This document shows, piece after piece, positions 34,045 to 49,100 of a DNA stretch of 64,000 bases. Numbering within the stretch: position 1 is the first letter of the stretch; each line of letters starts with the position of its first letter. This stretch comes from Mytilus edulis (Eukaryota): NCBI RefSeq assembly GCF_963676685.1, contig NC_092345.1:22072001-22136000 (forward strand). Reading direction: 5' to 3'. The notes under the pieces are model-generated. The model did no database searches and was not told the DNA's origin. It saw nothing but the letters and a program-made list of their open reading frames with translations. Made by a program: the position numbers and the translations under genes.

Positions 34045-37000
34045 TTAAGTGAACATCGTTGTGCAGGGGTATCGTCACTTCTTTTAACTAATTTTACCAT
34101 GTTGAAGAGTGGCTTAAAAAATATGATATGCTACATGTACATGTATATAAGATACACGAATTAATTATTATTCCACAAATTAAATTCTTATAATTGACAT
34201 TCAGCACTGTCATTAGGAAATTGTGATTAAGTACCTACGGAACAAACATTATTTCTAGTATAGGATCCATGTATCCTGCATAATGACCATCAATGCATCG
34301 TGAAGACCATGGAGCTCTTGATGTAATGATGAACTTTATTAGTGCAGGGATACAAGCTAGAGAACCCCTCTATCTGGTAAATAACGTCACAAAGGCACTC
34401 ACATTTAACGAACAGGATGTTACCTTGTGAACTAAAATTGAGAATGGAAATGGGGAATGTGCCAAAGAGACAACAACCCGACCATAGAGCATGTTTAAAC
34501 TGGCAGCCTAGTGGGAAGCACTTAAAGTCAAGCAGGGTTCATTTTCATAATTATACACCCCAAAATTTTTAGTTTTTTAAATTTGCGAAGTCATATTGCT
34601 TTTATGTCAGTGTCATTGTATTCCTCAGAAGACATTTGGTGACCTTCTGCTGTTGTCTGTTCTATGGTTGGGTTGTTATCTCTTTGACACATTCCCCATT
34701 TCTATTCTCAATTTTATTATACATATGTACATGTACATGTATGATTTCAAGAACTCTGTCCATAAAAAAAAGGTACATTGTATTACCATATACATGATAT
34801 ATGCGGTATCAAGAACGTATTAATACATTTTGTAGTTATACCGTACAACTTATATATATATATATACGTCCTTGATTTAATTAATGACCGAAGAGGAAAG
34901 AATTAATCAATCAGGTCAAATTATTAATATCTTTTCTCCTACATGTATATCAATGTATATTTGCTATCTAAAGTAAATTGATAAATCATAGATGTACAAG
35001 ATGCATGCTCATGTACTGTATACAAAAAAAACTATACATATATATATAAATATGCAAAAAGCAGCATCTTTATAAGGAATAAATAATTTATGTTCAAGTG
35101 TTATATATTTTCAAAAGTACTGCCATGACCATGATGACTGTGGATGCATTTAGTTTAAATTATAAGTACACATTTTCATGGTTTTAGAAAAAAATGTATT
35201 TTCAAGAGTTATTTTGAAATACTTTTTACATTTTTGTGTTTTTCGTTTGAAAACTTGAATTAAAAACACAAAAAAAGGTCTGTAATATAAATTCTTTTTA
35301 ATACCTAAACTATAGATTTCAGCTGCCGCAAGGTCATGAAGGTTAATCAAAATGCTCTTTGACTGAAACCATCATTAGGAGTATTTTTATCTTGTTTATC
35401 GTAACAAATCATGAATTTGTTTGACCAGTTTTAGCATTTGTACTCATGAGCTTGAAAATATAAAGAAAGACAACACTCTAAACAATAAATGATATCAACA
35501 GTAGATATATTTGATCTACATGTACATGTACATACAAACAAGACAAAAGTCCATGTGCAAAATAATGAGAGATACATTTGAATAAACCTACTCAGATTCT
35601 TGATCAAAATATTTCTGATTTGGATGTATTTATTTTATCTATCATGCAACTTATAGTTATAAGAAGGTTTTGTATATTTTTTCTTGAGAGTAACACACCA
35701 GTTTCATTGGGTCTTTTACATGTATATATAGCTATATATAGAGAAAGAAACCTATTTTGGTATCATAATTATATACATGATATAAGACATCTCAAATTTT
35801 AAAGACTTCCTGATTTTTACTTGAATCAAACCTACAGGAAAACTTGGTGTTGAAGAATATCTTATTTTCAGAGGTTTAATGAAAACCTGAACATACCCTC
35901 AAAAGAACCAATTTATATAAAAAAAAAAATATGTAGATATAAAAAGATACCAGGATTAAAATGTTGTATGCCAGACGTGAGTTAAGTCTACAAAGAATTG
36001 TCAGTGACACTCAAATAAGAAAAGTTAAAACGCAAAGTTATGTTATCTATTCCATTGGTAGAAAATCCCTAGCATTTAGAAAATGTTGAAGGCTATAATA
36101 GGACAGTAAGTCAAAAAAGGAAAGCAAAAGTAACAGCCAGAGGTCAGAATATTGATGGCCTTGCTTCAAAGTCAGATGTCAAGCTCTTACTGCAGTGTCC
36201 TGAATTTAGATAAGAAAAGAGCAAATTCACATTCGCCAGTAAAATTGAAATTATGCAATATTCATACATGCACATGGTTTAACTTTTTGGCGCCCAAAAT
36301 AGTAAAAAGTAAATAAAAAGCATATTCACTGATACTCTGGATAATAATACAAATTTGTGTCATCACATATATATTTATCTAATAATTTAATTTTTATGTC
36401 AAACTACCTACCTCAAGTGTTTCCACTCCGCAATTCATTGACATTTCATCAGGAGTTTTTGTTACCGCAAACCAATAATGTGTGTGTGAACAATCTGAAT
36501 GAATTAAGACGTGCAGGATAGCTACATGGTCAACACAAAGAACACAATTTTCAAAATCGTACCATGATAAACATATTTAATTGCTAAATATATAAAGGTT
36601 GAATTAACAAATAAAAAAGAATTGAAATCTTAGATAGTGAACTTTTTCCAAAAATAAAAAATATAATATCAATTATCAATACAAGCCATGCAAGCGTCAA
36701 GTATTTACTTTTTATTTATCAAGTCAATCTCTTTTTAAAGCTTAACATTCTACTATATTAATACATTGCAATACATAATATAAGCAGGGGACACTTATAA
36801 GTCCATACTAAAAACAGTGTAAAATAATTAAAATTATTATAGCAATTAAATTTTGTACAGGGACTGTCTCAAAGCATGAACTAATCTATATAATTGTGCT
36901 ATATACATTTGTACCGTTACTTGATATTTGATAAACATTCACATAATAAGAAAGTTGAAACACTTATGTTTTGTCAAAAGGCAAATTAGGATCTAAATAG

Positions 37001-39590
37001 ATATAGGAAGATGTGGTGTGAGTGCCAATGAGACAACTCTCCATACAAATAACAATTTAAAAAGTAAACCATTATAGGTTAAAGTACGGCCTTCAACACG
37101 GAGCCTTGGCTCAACTTATAAATGATTTTTTGACTGAAACCTAGCTACATATATAGCCTTTGAGTTGAGGGTTGGGATCCTGCTAACATGTTTAACCCGG
37201 CCACATTATGTATGCTTGTGCCTGTCCCAAGTCAGGAGCCTGTAATTCAGTGTTTATCGTTTGTTTATGTGTTACATACATGTATTTGTTTTTTCGATCT
37301 TTTTGTTTGTACATAAATAAAGTTGTTAGTTTTCTCGTTTGAATTGTTTTACATTGTTATTTCGGGGCCTGTTATAGCTGACTATACGGTATGGGCTTAG
37401 CTCATTGTTGAAGGTGGTACGATTACCTACAGTTGTTAATTTCTCTGTGTCATTTTGGTCTCTTGTAGAGAGTTGTTTCATTGGCAATCATACCACATCA
37501 TCTTTTTTTTTATATTTATTGTTTTATTTCCCAATCTATTAATGAACTTTGATTGTTGAAATATATTATTTCACACGGTAGCATATACATACATGTAGAG
37601 GGATCGTATCAAAGACATAAATGACCAGCTGTATAAATGATCAAAACTTTTCAAAAACTTCCAAGAATCTTGATTCCAAGGACACTGAATGGCCTACAGA
37701 CACTTCCTAAAACCAACCAATATATACCTCAGTTCTGACATGCAAAAATACATGTGAAATGTCATGTAGCAGATGTTTACTTTTTAATTTTGACACTGTT
37801 TGTTACAAGCATTATCAAGCATTATTCAATGCTTATGCTATTAAATTAGATTTTTTATAATGATTGATTTAATTTGATTATGTAATTTTAGTACTCTTTC
37901 ATGTTTATAAGTTACGGTAGATTGTGTACTGGTGGCCACTGGATAGCCACTTATAGCTTTTTTTTCCATTTGAAAGAAGCATAAATGTAAAACAATTTGT
38001 ACTTTTACCTTTAGACAGCTACCAAAATCAAAACACAACATATTTTCATCACAGATGTTGTTATATTTGGTACTGTCCTTTGTTCTGGTTTCATGGGAAA
38101 CATGGCAAACCTTTTCAAGAATTTTTAAGGGATATTTTGAAAAAGATTTTATTGAGCCCATTATTCCTCCTTGGATTATAGCAACAAGGCGAGAACATTG
38201 TTCATGATAATGGTGATTGAGATATATATTGATTTATTAATGCATATGCCTCACATCAAACATTTGTCAAAGTGCAAAGCTATTTTTTTTCAGATGATAA
38301 ACATGTCATCTTGAAATTATTACTCAACAAGAGTTAGTTGTAATTGGCTGCCTTAGTACATGTAATTAATGTGAATTAAATTCTGTTGGCTTGAATAAAT
38401 TGAGAAATCTGAAACATGATACATAAAGAGTCTAAGTTTTATAATAAAGAGAAGAGTTCTGGATCAGTACAATGTATGGGTATTCCAGACCAATGGATGG
38501 ATAATTTTCATAGAATGACATAAGATAATATGTTGACACTGTTGGATAAGCACATAGTGACAGTCAAAACTGATCTTAATTATCGATTCACTTTGTTTTA
38601 AGTGCCAGTCTTTGTAATTATAAGAATCAAGCAAATTTAGAAGAAATTCAAAACATGGGCAGCTTTAGCTAAAAAAAAACCCTGCAAACCTAACCAGTAA
38701 CCATTATATCTTGGAGCAAATATCCTCATCTGAAATGATTAGTCCTATCAAGTTTCTGTGTGCAGTACTGGCAGATCTTGAGGGGGTTTCCAGGGTGAGA
38801 ACCCCCACCCCTTTTTTTGGGACGATCAATGCATTTGAATTGGGACATATAGTTGGATCCCCCCTTTTTAAAATGGCTGTAATTGCCCCTGGTGTGTCTG
38901 TTAAATATTCTCTAGAAAACTTATGGTTAGAATCATGTGTTGTCTTACAATTATGATGCATTATATCAATATATTTTGGTAATTTTGTGAAAAATTATTT
39001 TACTTTTTTGTTTGCAAATGATATTTGATGTTGGAGATTTATTTATTTACCCTTTTTAACATGTGTTTAAGTTACGTAAATGCATGTCAACAAATACTTG
39101 TAAGAATGCCCATTTGTTATAATCTTTTGATTTAATGATTGAATAATTATATTATATATATATATCGTGATGATAAACAAGTTGCAAGTTTCTCAGGTTG
39201 CTGAGGCGTAAATATTAAATGATGAAATATTTACTTTATTACAAACAAACTATTGCTTAAGGCAGAAAATTGGCTAAAGAGATCAGTTTGTACTCTATGG
39301 TAGATCTTTCTTGAACATATTAATTTACATCTTTTTTTTTCAAGTACACTATTGGTACTTGTGTATAAATATCAGGTCTCTCGTAAATTTTGTGCAGTGA
39401 TTTAATTGAAAATTTGTTGACTCTTCAAGACTTTCGGTTGTATAATTTTCATCACTATTTTCAGTGTTATGAAATATTCTGGAGTATATTGCTTTTGAGT
39501 TTTATAATTATTTTGACATTTTGTGTCCATTCTGTTATCAAATATATAGGATTTAGAGGAGATTGTTTACATATATAACAGCAGAAAAAA

Positions 39591-40247
39591 ATGTCACTTG
39601 TGTCAAGAGATGTGCCAATAAGATATGAACCAGACTTTTGGCCATCTTGTTATGATCAACATTTACCAATGTACAAAGATCCTGTTCCATACCAAAATCA
39701 ACTCTCTAGATATGATGACTTTTATATGCCATATGGTTTTGAAAGCAGACCGTTAATGCGTAGCCAAATGTGGTCAAGCTTTGAACAAGAAATGGCCAGA
39801 ATGAATGAAGAGATGAAAAGAAATTGGGATGTTTCACGTAGAATGGCAGTCGGTAACTTTGCTAAAATGGGAGATAATTTCCTTGCTCCATCTGCAGAAA
39901 ATTGGAGGTTAATGGAAAATTTCCGGATGGATAATCCTATCATTGAAGATAATTCTGGAAGAAGAAAATTTTATTTGGAATATGACACGTCACAATTCAA
40001 ACCAGAGGAAATAACTGTGAAAACATCTGGCCAGCAATTAACTGTTCACGCTAAACATGAAGAGAAAGACCAGAATCGTTCATCTAGAAAGGAATATCAG
40101 AGAAGTTATCTGTTGCCCCAAGAGGTAAATCCGGAACTTTTGACCTCTAAGCTAAGTGAAACTGGAAAATTAACAATAACAGCTTCCCTTCCAGCCCTGA
40201 TGTCAGGAAATAAGGAAAGACTTATAGCAATTGAACACACAAAATGA
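39591..40247 (+). CDS. Small heat-shock protein (HSP20/alpha-crystallin family, p40/major-egg-antigen-like), 218 aa, intronless CDS
   Basis: Alpha-crystallin domain RKFYLEYDTSQFKPEEITVKTSGQQLTVHAKHEEK...KEYQRSYLLPQEVNPELLTSKLSETGKLTITA and a C-terminal I-x-I motif (LIAIEH); A-rich Kozak context AAAAATG. Confidence 0.93.
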   Translation: MSLVSRDVPIRYEPDFWPSCYDQHLPMYKDPVPYQNQLSRYDDFYMPYGFESRPLMRSQMWSSFEQEMARMNEEMKRNWDVSRRMAVGNFAKMGDNFLAPSAENWRLMENFRMDNPIIEDNSGRRKFYLEYDTSQFKPEEITVKTSGQQLTVHAKHEEKDQNRSSRKEYQRSYLLPQEVNPELLTSKLSETGKLTITASLPALMSGNKERLIAIEHTK

Positions 40248-40935
40248 TGTTTATAACAGACTGTCAGTTGAAAGCAAATTAAACATCTTAAAACTGTTGT
40301 GAAATCAGTCTGAAAGAACATATATCATTTTTTGTATATCTATGAACATGATGAAAACTTCAAATTTTATACCAACATTTTCTGGCATCTGATCGATTTG
40401 TGACAATGTTTTGTTAGAAACTTTTATATTGTACATTTTGTGAATATACATCTTTACTGGTATATATATATACGTACATGTATATACAATTTATAGAGTT
40501 TTGTTGATGCAGGTGTTACTTATTTATCTGTTTTTACATGTACAATGCACATTAATATATACATATGTAATTAAGAGTGAGTTTGAACACTTTTACAGGG
40601 CACTGAATGACATATGTATGTACATACCTCTACAATAGGCATTTAGTTTTGAATTGTACTTGCACAAAAGTAGTTATATAAAGATGTTTTTATTTGAATC
40701 TTTTAGTTTCATATCATTGGTATCAATTTTAGAATTAATACTAGACAAATGGAATATGATCTATGTATATATGCCCTGGCTTACAGTGCTGTACATGTTA
40801 GTGCAAGACAAAAAAGAAAGTTAATGTTCATAAAATTTATAATGATTACTGTGAATGCATTCCTAACAGTGAATAGTTCACTTCATTTAAAAAACAATAA
40901 AAAGCAACCACTACAACCAATTGTTGAACATGTAC

Positions 40936-41122
40936 AACAAATATATACTTACTGTCACAATGAAGGATCCATGTTTAATAAGACAAATATATACTTACTG
41001 TCACAATGAAGGATCCATGTTTAATAAGACAAATATATACTTACTGTCACAATGAAGGATCCATGTTTAATAAGACAAATATATATACTTACTGTCACAA
41101 TGAAGGATCAATGTTTAATAAG
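40936..41122. repeat. ~46-bp tandem repeat, 4 copies
   Basis: Unit ACAAATATATACTTACTGTCACAATGAAGGATCCATGTTTAATAAG. Confidence 0.9.
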
Positions 41123-43188
41123 GCTAAGAATCATTTTACATTATACATGTTACATGACTATAACATTTATTGTAATGTACAAACACAAATTCTTAGGTTT
41201 TAGGAGGGTAAATAAAAATTGAAAAAGTATGCTAGAAATTGTTTAATCACATGCAATGTACATTGTAGGTATTAAATGATAAAAGAAACAATTTTGTATA
41301 CCAGAATTTGGAATATATATAGAATAGGTATATTTTCTTCAAAATGAAAAATATTCTGACATAGGTGACCTTCTGCTGTTGTCTGCTCTATGGTCTCTTT
41401 GGCACATTCCCCATTTCCATTGTCAATTTTATATGTAAAGAATATAACTTAGAAATCTATATTTAGAAATCTGTCTTTGGTATACATCACCGAGACAGTA
41501 ACACAACAGCACAAACTATCAGAAGACATCTAGACATGGTTGTGGACATTTAGTTTTAAAAAGATAAGTGATCTATCTGAAAGAAACAATAGAACAAGTT
41601 AAGTTAAACTACTGAAATTATCTTAGGATCTGCTGTTAGCCCAATTTACACAGTAGTTGCAGGAAAACAACAAAAAAACTGAAAAGGGACACAGGACCAT
41701 CTATTATCATAAAAAAAAAATTATACATAATTTGAAAGTTGGAAAGCTTGATATTTTGCTGAGAGTGCAAAATTGAATGGAATTTTTTTTTTCCTTTGTA
41801 GAAAAATAAAAAACCTTCCTTGTACTGTCTGTCTGTTATTAGGAGTGCAGGACAGTGAGTAGAATGAGTAAATATGCTCCATACTTTATTACTTGACCAT
41901 CTCTGTGGTCTATTGCTTTCTTACAGTGCTGAAGGTTGTTGTTTTGAACCCAGCCTGATCAAACTATAGACTTTGAAATTGATATTTGCTGCTTCTTCAC
42001 TTGGCACACAACATTTTGGAGTAAGAGCAAGGACTGGTCGGCTGGTAGTTGTAATAATGTGACCTGAGTGGAAGGATATGATATGTCTTCCTGCAGACTG
42101 TAACCATGGTAACAAGCTTGTGAACTAGCACATTAAAAATCAGACTCAGTGATTGGTATTACAAAGCAGGGTTTATATTCATTTCATATTTTCAAGTTCT
42201 CGTCCTAAATATGAATTTAATTTGCTGCTGGACAACAAACAACAAGCCATCCATCCATCAATAATTTCAAATAGAAAAATGTTTTTTGTGCGTAATAAAT
42301 CATATTCTTATGTAGTGACCAACTGCATTTTAAAATTTTAAGAATATTTTTATTTAAGTCCAGACATGATAAAATGTAATTCAAAACAACTTGATTTAAG
42401 CTTAAAAAACATTAACAAATATTCAGCTGTTGTCTGCTCTTTGGTGGTGTTGTTGTCTCTTTGACACATATCCCATTTTCTGTCTCATTATTTTAAGTAT
42501 GGCAGACAGCAACCAGCAACTACCACTTAATTGCAGACTCCTGACTTTGGACAGGTTTTTATATGACTTCAAACATTTTTTTGGATTTGTATAATGGTAT
42601 GATGTCGTCATCTGAAGACGTTTGGTTTCCAAACAGCAACTTTAGTTCAAGTGAATGGATATCTATGAAATTTGTAAAGAAGGTTCAACACTACAAAAGG
42701 AAGGTTATGACTGATTTTGGGGGTTATGGTACCATGACCAACAGTTTATGAATTATGGGCAAAAAACAAGCATTTTGAAGTTTCTGGACAATAACTTGTG
42801 TGTAATTGTGTATGGATCTCTCTGACATTGTATCACAATGATTCATTTCACAAAGGAAAGGCTGGGAATGAATTAGGTGGTATTTCCACCAAACATGCAG
42901 GAATAAGGGTAAACAAGGGGGCCAGCAATAAGCATTTTTCAAGTTTCCAGAGTCCAGACAACAAAGGATTTGTCTTTGGTAAAAAAGAAGACAAACTTTC
43001 AATGGCTAAGAGAGATAACTCAGGTGACTGGTCAAATTGATTCTAATTCCAAAAAGTAAAATGATTGATTGCGACTTACACATGTGGATTCTCTGACTTA
43101 TTTAAAGGTCAGAATAATGGAGGACGACTCGAACCTGTACACAAATAGATTTACTGTCTCATTATTTACTTTTCCTGTTTTTCAGACT

Positions 43189-46100
43189 ATGTTTACATTA
43201 CCAACCCAGGAAGTATACACTACACCTGTTCCTGTACCAAAGGATCCAGCAGGAAACATCAAAGATGATTGTAGATTATGGATTGGAAATTTGGATACTA
43301 GACTGACAGAGTAATATAATATAAGACATACATAGAAATAAACAAGAAAATTCTAGAACTATTCTCAAATTTGTGAAAAAATATAATTATTTTGGTATCT
43401 TTCACCATGTTATGAAACTTTAATTGGAAACAATTTGTATATTAAGGGGCCATAACTCACAATTAATCTGTAAAATAAAAATGTATACACAATTAGTAAA
43501 TTAGTTTGCTGTTACATCATACCAAACTATTATCCAACCATGAACCCTTTTAGGTGTAAGACCACCAAATCATGGTACATGTAGGTCACACCAGGTTGTA
43601 TATATGAAAATAGGTCAAAAAAAATATTGAATTTGACAGTTGTAGGTAATTAATTCTACATTTTACTGCAGTAAAACGTTTCTGTTTCATCATGTTCATA
43701 AACCTGTGTCTTGGTTATATCAAAGCACCACTATTTTTTCATTTGGGGTTTCTATAGAATATTTTGTAAACTTGAGGTTACATGGTTACTAAAACTTGTA
43801 CACAGGTTAAATAAGGGGAGATATTTGATTGGTTAACTTCCAGTGATGGTTATTTTCTTATATGCAATGAAATGTTTTGTGAAATTTTTATACGACGGCA
43901 AAAATTGAAAATTTTTTGGTAGTATATTCAATTTGGTATAACGTTCGTGCCGTCGTCATTGTCCAAAGACATTTGGTTTTCGCACTATAACTTTAGTATA
44001 AGTAAATAGAAATCTATCAAATTTAAACACAAGGTTTATGACCTCAAAAGGAAGGTTGGGATTAATTTTGGAAGTTTTGGTCCCAACAGTTTAGGAATTA
44101 GGGGCCAAAAAAAGGTCCCAAATAAGCATTTTTCTTGGTATTTGCACAATAACTTTAGTATAAGTAAATAGAAATCTATTAAATATAACACACGGTTTAT
44201 GACCACAATGGAAGGTTGGGATTGATTTTGGAAGTTTTGGTTCCAACAGTTTAGGAATTAGGGACCAAAAGGGACCAAAATTAAACTTTGTTTGATTTCA
44301 GTAAAAATTGAATTATTGGGGTTCTTTGATATGCCGAATCTAACTGTGTATGTAGTTTCTTAATTTTTGGTCCTGTTTTCAAATTGGTCGACTTTAAGGT
44401 CTAAAGGGTCCAAAATTAAACTTAGTTTGATTTTAACAAACATTGAATTCTTGAGGTTCTTTGATATGCTGAATCTAAACATGTACTTAGATTTTTTATT
44501 ATGGGCCCAGTTTTCAAGTTGGTTCAAATCAGGATCCAAAATTATTATATTAAGTATTGTGCAATAGCAAGAAATTTTCAATTGCACAGTATTCAGCAAT
44601 AGCAAGAAATCTTCAATTGCACAGTATTGTGCAATAGCAAGAAATTTTCAATTGCACAGTATTGCACAATAGCAAGAAATCTTCAATTGCACAGTATTGT
44701 GCAATAGCAAATTGGTCCAAATCGGGGTCCAAAATTAAACTTTGTTTGATTTCAACAAAAAATTAAACCATTGGGGTTCTTTGATACATGTATGCTGAAT
44801 TAAACATGTATTAAGATTTTTGCTTATGGGGCCAGTTTTCAAGTTGGTCCAAATCGGGGTCCAAAATTAAACTTTGTTTGATACATGTATCAACAAAAAT
44901 TGAATCTTTGGGGTTCATTGATATGCTGAATCTAAACATGTATTTAGATTTTTGATTATAGGCCCAGTTTTCAGGTTGGTCCAAATCGGGGTCCAAAATT
45001 AAATTTTGTTTGATTTCATCAAAAATTGAATTCTTGGGGTTCTTTGATATGATGAATCTAATCATGTATTTAGATTTTGGATATTGGACCATAAAAGGTA
45101 AATGTCCAATTTAAAGTTATTAAGTTTAAGTTCTTAGACCTCATTCATTCTGTGTCAGAAACCTATGTTGTGTCCACTATTTAATCACAATCCAAATTCA
45201 GAGCTGTATCAAGCTTGAATGTTGTGTCCATACCTGCCCCAACTGTTCAGGGTTTGAACTCTGCGGTTGTATTAAGCTGCGCCCTGCGGAGCATCTTGTT
45301 TTCTTTGTAGCTAAGTTTAAGGGATATTTAAGTAGACAAGAATTTGGGGAACAGTTTACATTGAGGCAAGGTCATACAAAGAACTTTATTGTTTATAATG
45401 GTTTCATAATGAACAGACATTACACATACATGTATATTCTTTCAGGTACACATTGTTAAAGCTTCTACAAAAGTTTGGTGAATTGAAAAGATTTGATTTT
45501 CTTCTTAACAAACTGGGGCCAGAAAAAGGAAAACCCAGAGGATACTGTTTTGTTAGTTATGAAAATAGAAAGGTGAGAATAAGTTTGTGTCCAACAGTGT
45601 TCATTTGACTTTGACCTTAATGTCTTGCATCATTGATAATTATAATGTGGTGCATTTAGTAAGACCTTGTTCTTTAAAACTTTCAGCATAAAATTTAATC
45701 AATGCATGTATTCCTAAAGCAGGAAAGACTTCAGCATGTGTAGTGTTAAGCTAACTTAAGTATTCACAATTTATAAGAGTTATTAATATGGTTATTTGTT
45801 TTATTAACATTGAAATTGAATAATTGAAATCTAAGTCTGCAGGAATTTGTTACAATTTGAGCTTAAGGTGGTACCCAACACTTGCACTAAAATTAATTTG
45901 GCTTGTTTAATTTTCATAAAACTTTGTCAAAGTACTTACTTTGACCCTTTACAAAAATATAAAATTTTAAAAATTTGAACCAACCGTTTTGTCAGAAAAA
46001 TTACACTGGTTATATAGCAGTTTGACAAACACCAATGTTTATCATTGAGAAGCTTTATATTCCCTTTACAACACAACGTAATCAAAACGTTTAGCTGACT

Positions 46101-49100
46101 TTACAGAGTTATCTGTAGTGTTAGGTACCACCTTAATATACAAATACTACATTGCCTTCACTCATCGGAATTTGTACAAAATTAAATTGAATTTGGTATT
46201 ACAGAAAATTAAAACAGAATTGAACAGAACTTTTTTGTAACATGATCTTTGTTTCTAAACAATTATAGGATGCTGAGAAGGCCAAGAGGAATATGCATGG
46301 TAAACTGGCACTGTCCAAAAGACTAGTAGTAAAATGGGCACATGCAGAAACAGACGTAATTATTTTACTTCAGTGAATGCCATTGTATTACTGTGGATTT
46401 ATTTACTTCTATTTTATGTATTATAATCTCCTTTTAAGTTTATTTGTCCCACAGGCCACTTAAATTACCGTACAGTGGGTTATTTTCGAGGGGTGCTTAT
46501 TTTCACTTATTTTGGCAGGGGTGTTTATTTACACTTATTTTGGCAGGTAAGGGAATTATTATTCACCACAATTTCTTTTAATTTTCAGAGTGAACAGCAA
46601 GACATAAGAGTACCATGTAGTACTACAGGTGTATATCCTACTGGCAGGTAAGAAATCAAGACATAAGAGTACCATGTAGCACTACAGGTGTATATCCTAC
46701 TGGCAGGTAAGAAAACAAGACATAAGAGTACCATGTAGCACTACAGGTGTATATCCTACTGGCAGGTAAGAAAACAAGACATAAGAGTACCATGTAGCAC
46801 TACAGGTGTATATCCTACTGGCAGGTAAGAAAACAAGACATAAGAGTACCATGTAGCACTACAGGTGTATATCCTACTGGCAGGTAAGAAAACAAGACAT
46901 AAGAGTATCATGTAGCACTACAGGTGTATATCCTACTGGCAGGTAAGAAAACAAGACATAAGAGTACCATGTAGCACTACAGGTGTATATCCTACTGGCA
47001 GGTAAGAAAACAAGACATAAGAGTACCATGTAGCACTACAGGTGTATATCCTACTGGCAGGTAAGAAAACAAGACATAAGAGTACCATGTAGCACTACAG
47101 GTGTATATCCTACTGGCAGGTAAGAAATCAAGACATAAGAGTACCATGTAGCACTACAGGTGTATATCCTACTGGCAGGTAAGAAAACAAGACATAAGAG
47201 TACCATGTAGCACTACAGGTGTATATCCTACTGGCAGGTAAGAAAACAAGACATAAGAGTACCATGTAGCACTTCAGGTGTATATCCTACTGGCAGGTAA
47301 GAAAACAAGACATAAGAGTACCATGTAGCACTACAGGTGTATATCCTACTGGCAGGTAAGAAAGCAAGACATAAGAGTACCATGTAGCACTACAGGTGTA
47401 TATCCTACTGGCAGGTAAGAAAGCAAGACATAAGAGTACCATGTAGCACTACAGGTGTATATCCTACTGGCAGGTAAGAAAACAAGACATAAGAGTACCA
47501 TGTAGCACTACAGGTGTATATCCTACTGGCAGGTAAGAAAACAAGACATAAGAGTACCATGTAGCACTACAGGTGTATATCCTACTGGCAGGTAAGAAAA
47601 CAAGACATAAGAGTACCATGTAGCACTACAGGTGTATATCCTACTGGCAGGTAAGAAAGCAAGACATAAGAGTACCATGTAGCACTACAGGTGTATATCC
47701 TACTGGCAGGTAAGAAATCAAGACATAAGAGTACCATGTAGCACTACAGGTGTATATCCTACTGGCAGGTAAGAAAGCAAGACATAAGAGTACCATGTAG
47801 CACTACAGGTGTATATCCTACTGGCAGGTAAGAAATCAAGACATAAGAGTACCATGTAGCACTACAGGTGTATATCCTACTGGCAGGTAAGAAAACAAGA
47901 CATAAGAGTACCATGTAGCACTACAGGTGTATATCCTACTGGCAGGTAAGAAAGCAAGACATAAGAGTACCATGTAGCACTACAGGTGTATATCCTACTG
48001 GCAGGTAAGAAATCAAGACATAAGAGTACCATGTAGCACTACAGGTGTATATCCTACTGGCAGGTAAGAAAACAAGACATAAGAGTACCATGTAGCACTA
48101 CAGGTGTATATCCTACTGGCAGGTAAGAAAGCAAGACATAAGAGTACCATGTAGCACTACAGGTGTATATCCTACTGGCAGGTAAGAAATCAAGACATAA
48201 GAGTACCATGTAGCACTACAGGTGTATATCCTACTGGCAGGTAAGAAAGCAAGACATAAGAGTACCATGTAGCACTACAGGTGTATATCCTACTGGCAGG
48301 TAAGAAATCAAGACATAAGAGTACCATGTAGCACTACAGGTGTATATCCTACTGGCAGGTAAGAAATCAAGACATAAGAGTACCATGTAGCACTACAGGT
48401 GTATATCCTACTGGCAGGTAAGAAATCAAGACATAAGAGTACCATGTAGCACTACAGGTGTATATCCTACTGGCAGGTAAGAAAGCAAGACATAAGAGTA
48501 CCATGTAGCACTACAGGTGTATATCCTACTGGCAGGTAAGAAATCAAGACATAAGAGTACCATGTAGCACTACAGGTGTATATCCTACTGGCAGGTAAGA
48601 AAGCAAGACATAAGAGTACCATGTAGCACTACAGGTGTATATCCTACTGGCAGGTAAGAAAACAAGACATAAGAGTACCATGTAGCACTACAGGTGTATA
48701 TCCTACTGGCAGGTAAGAAATCAAGACATAAGAGTACCATGTAGTACTACAGGTGTATATCCTACTGGCAGGTAAGAAAACAAGACATAAGAGTACCATG
48801 TAGCACTACAGGTGTATATCCTACTGGCAGGTAAGAAAACAAGACATAAGAGTACCATGTAGCACTACAGGTGTATATCCTACTGGCAGGTAAGAAATCA
48901 AGACATAAGAGTACCATGTAGCACTACAGGTGTATATCCTACTGGCAGGTAAGAAAGCAAGACATAAGAGTACCATGTAGCACTACAGGTGTATATCCTA
49001 CTGGCAGGTAAGAAAACAAGACATAAGAGTACCATGTAGCACTACAGGTGTATATCCTACTGGCAGGTAAGAAAACAAGACATAAGAGTACCATGTAGCA

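Noticed and set aside
38440-39590. Heat-shock elements upstream of the sHSP
   Set aside because: Only partial nGAAn/nTTCn matches; no three-unit array was seen.
39722-40321. Antisense ORFs over the sHSP gene
   Set aside because: Shadow frames of a real coding sequence with no independent features.
46495-46551. Extra TTGGCAG|GTAAG site upstream of RBM18 exon 4 as a recursive splice point
   Set aside because: It is only about 42 nt from the next acceptor, too short for an ordinary intron, and lies in a small local duplication.
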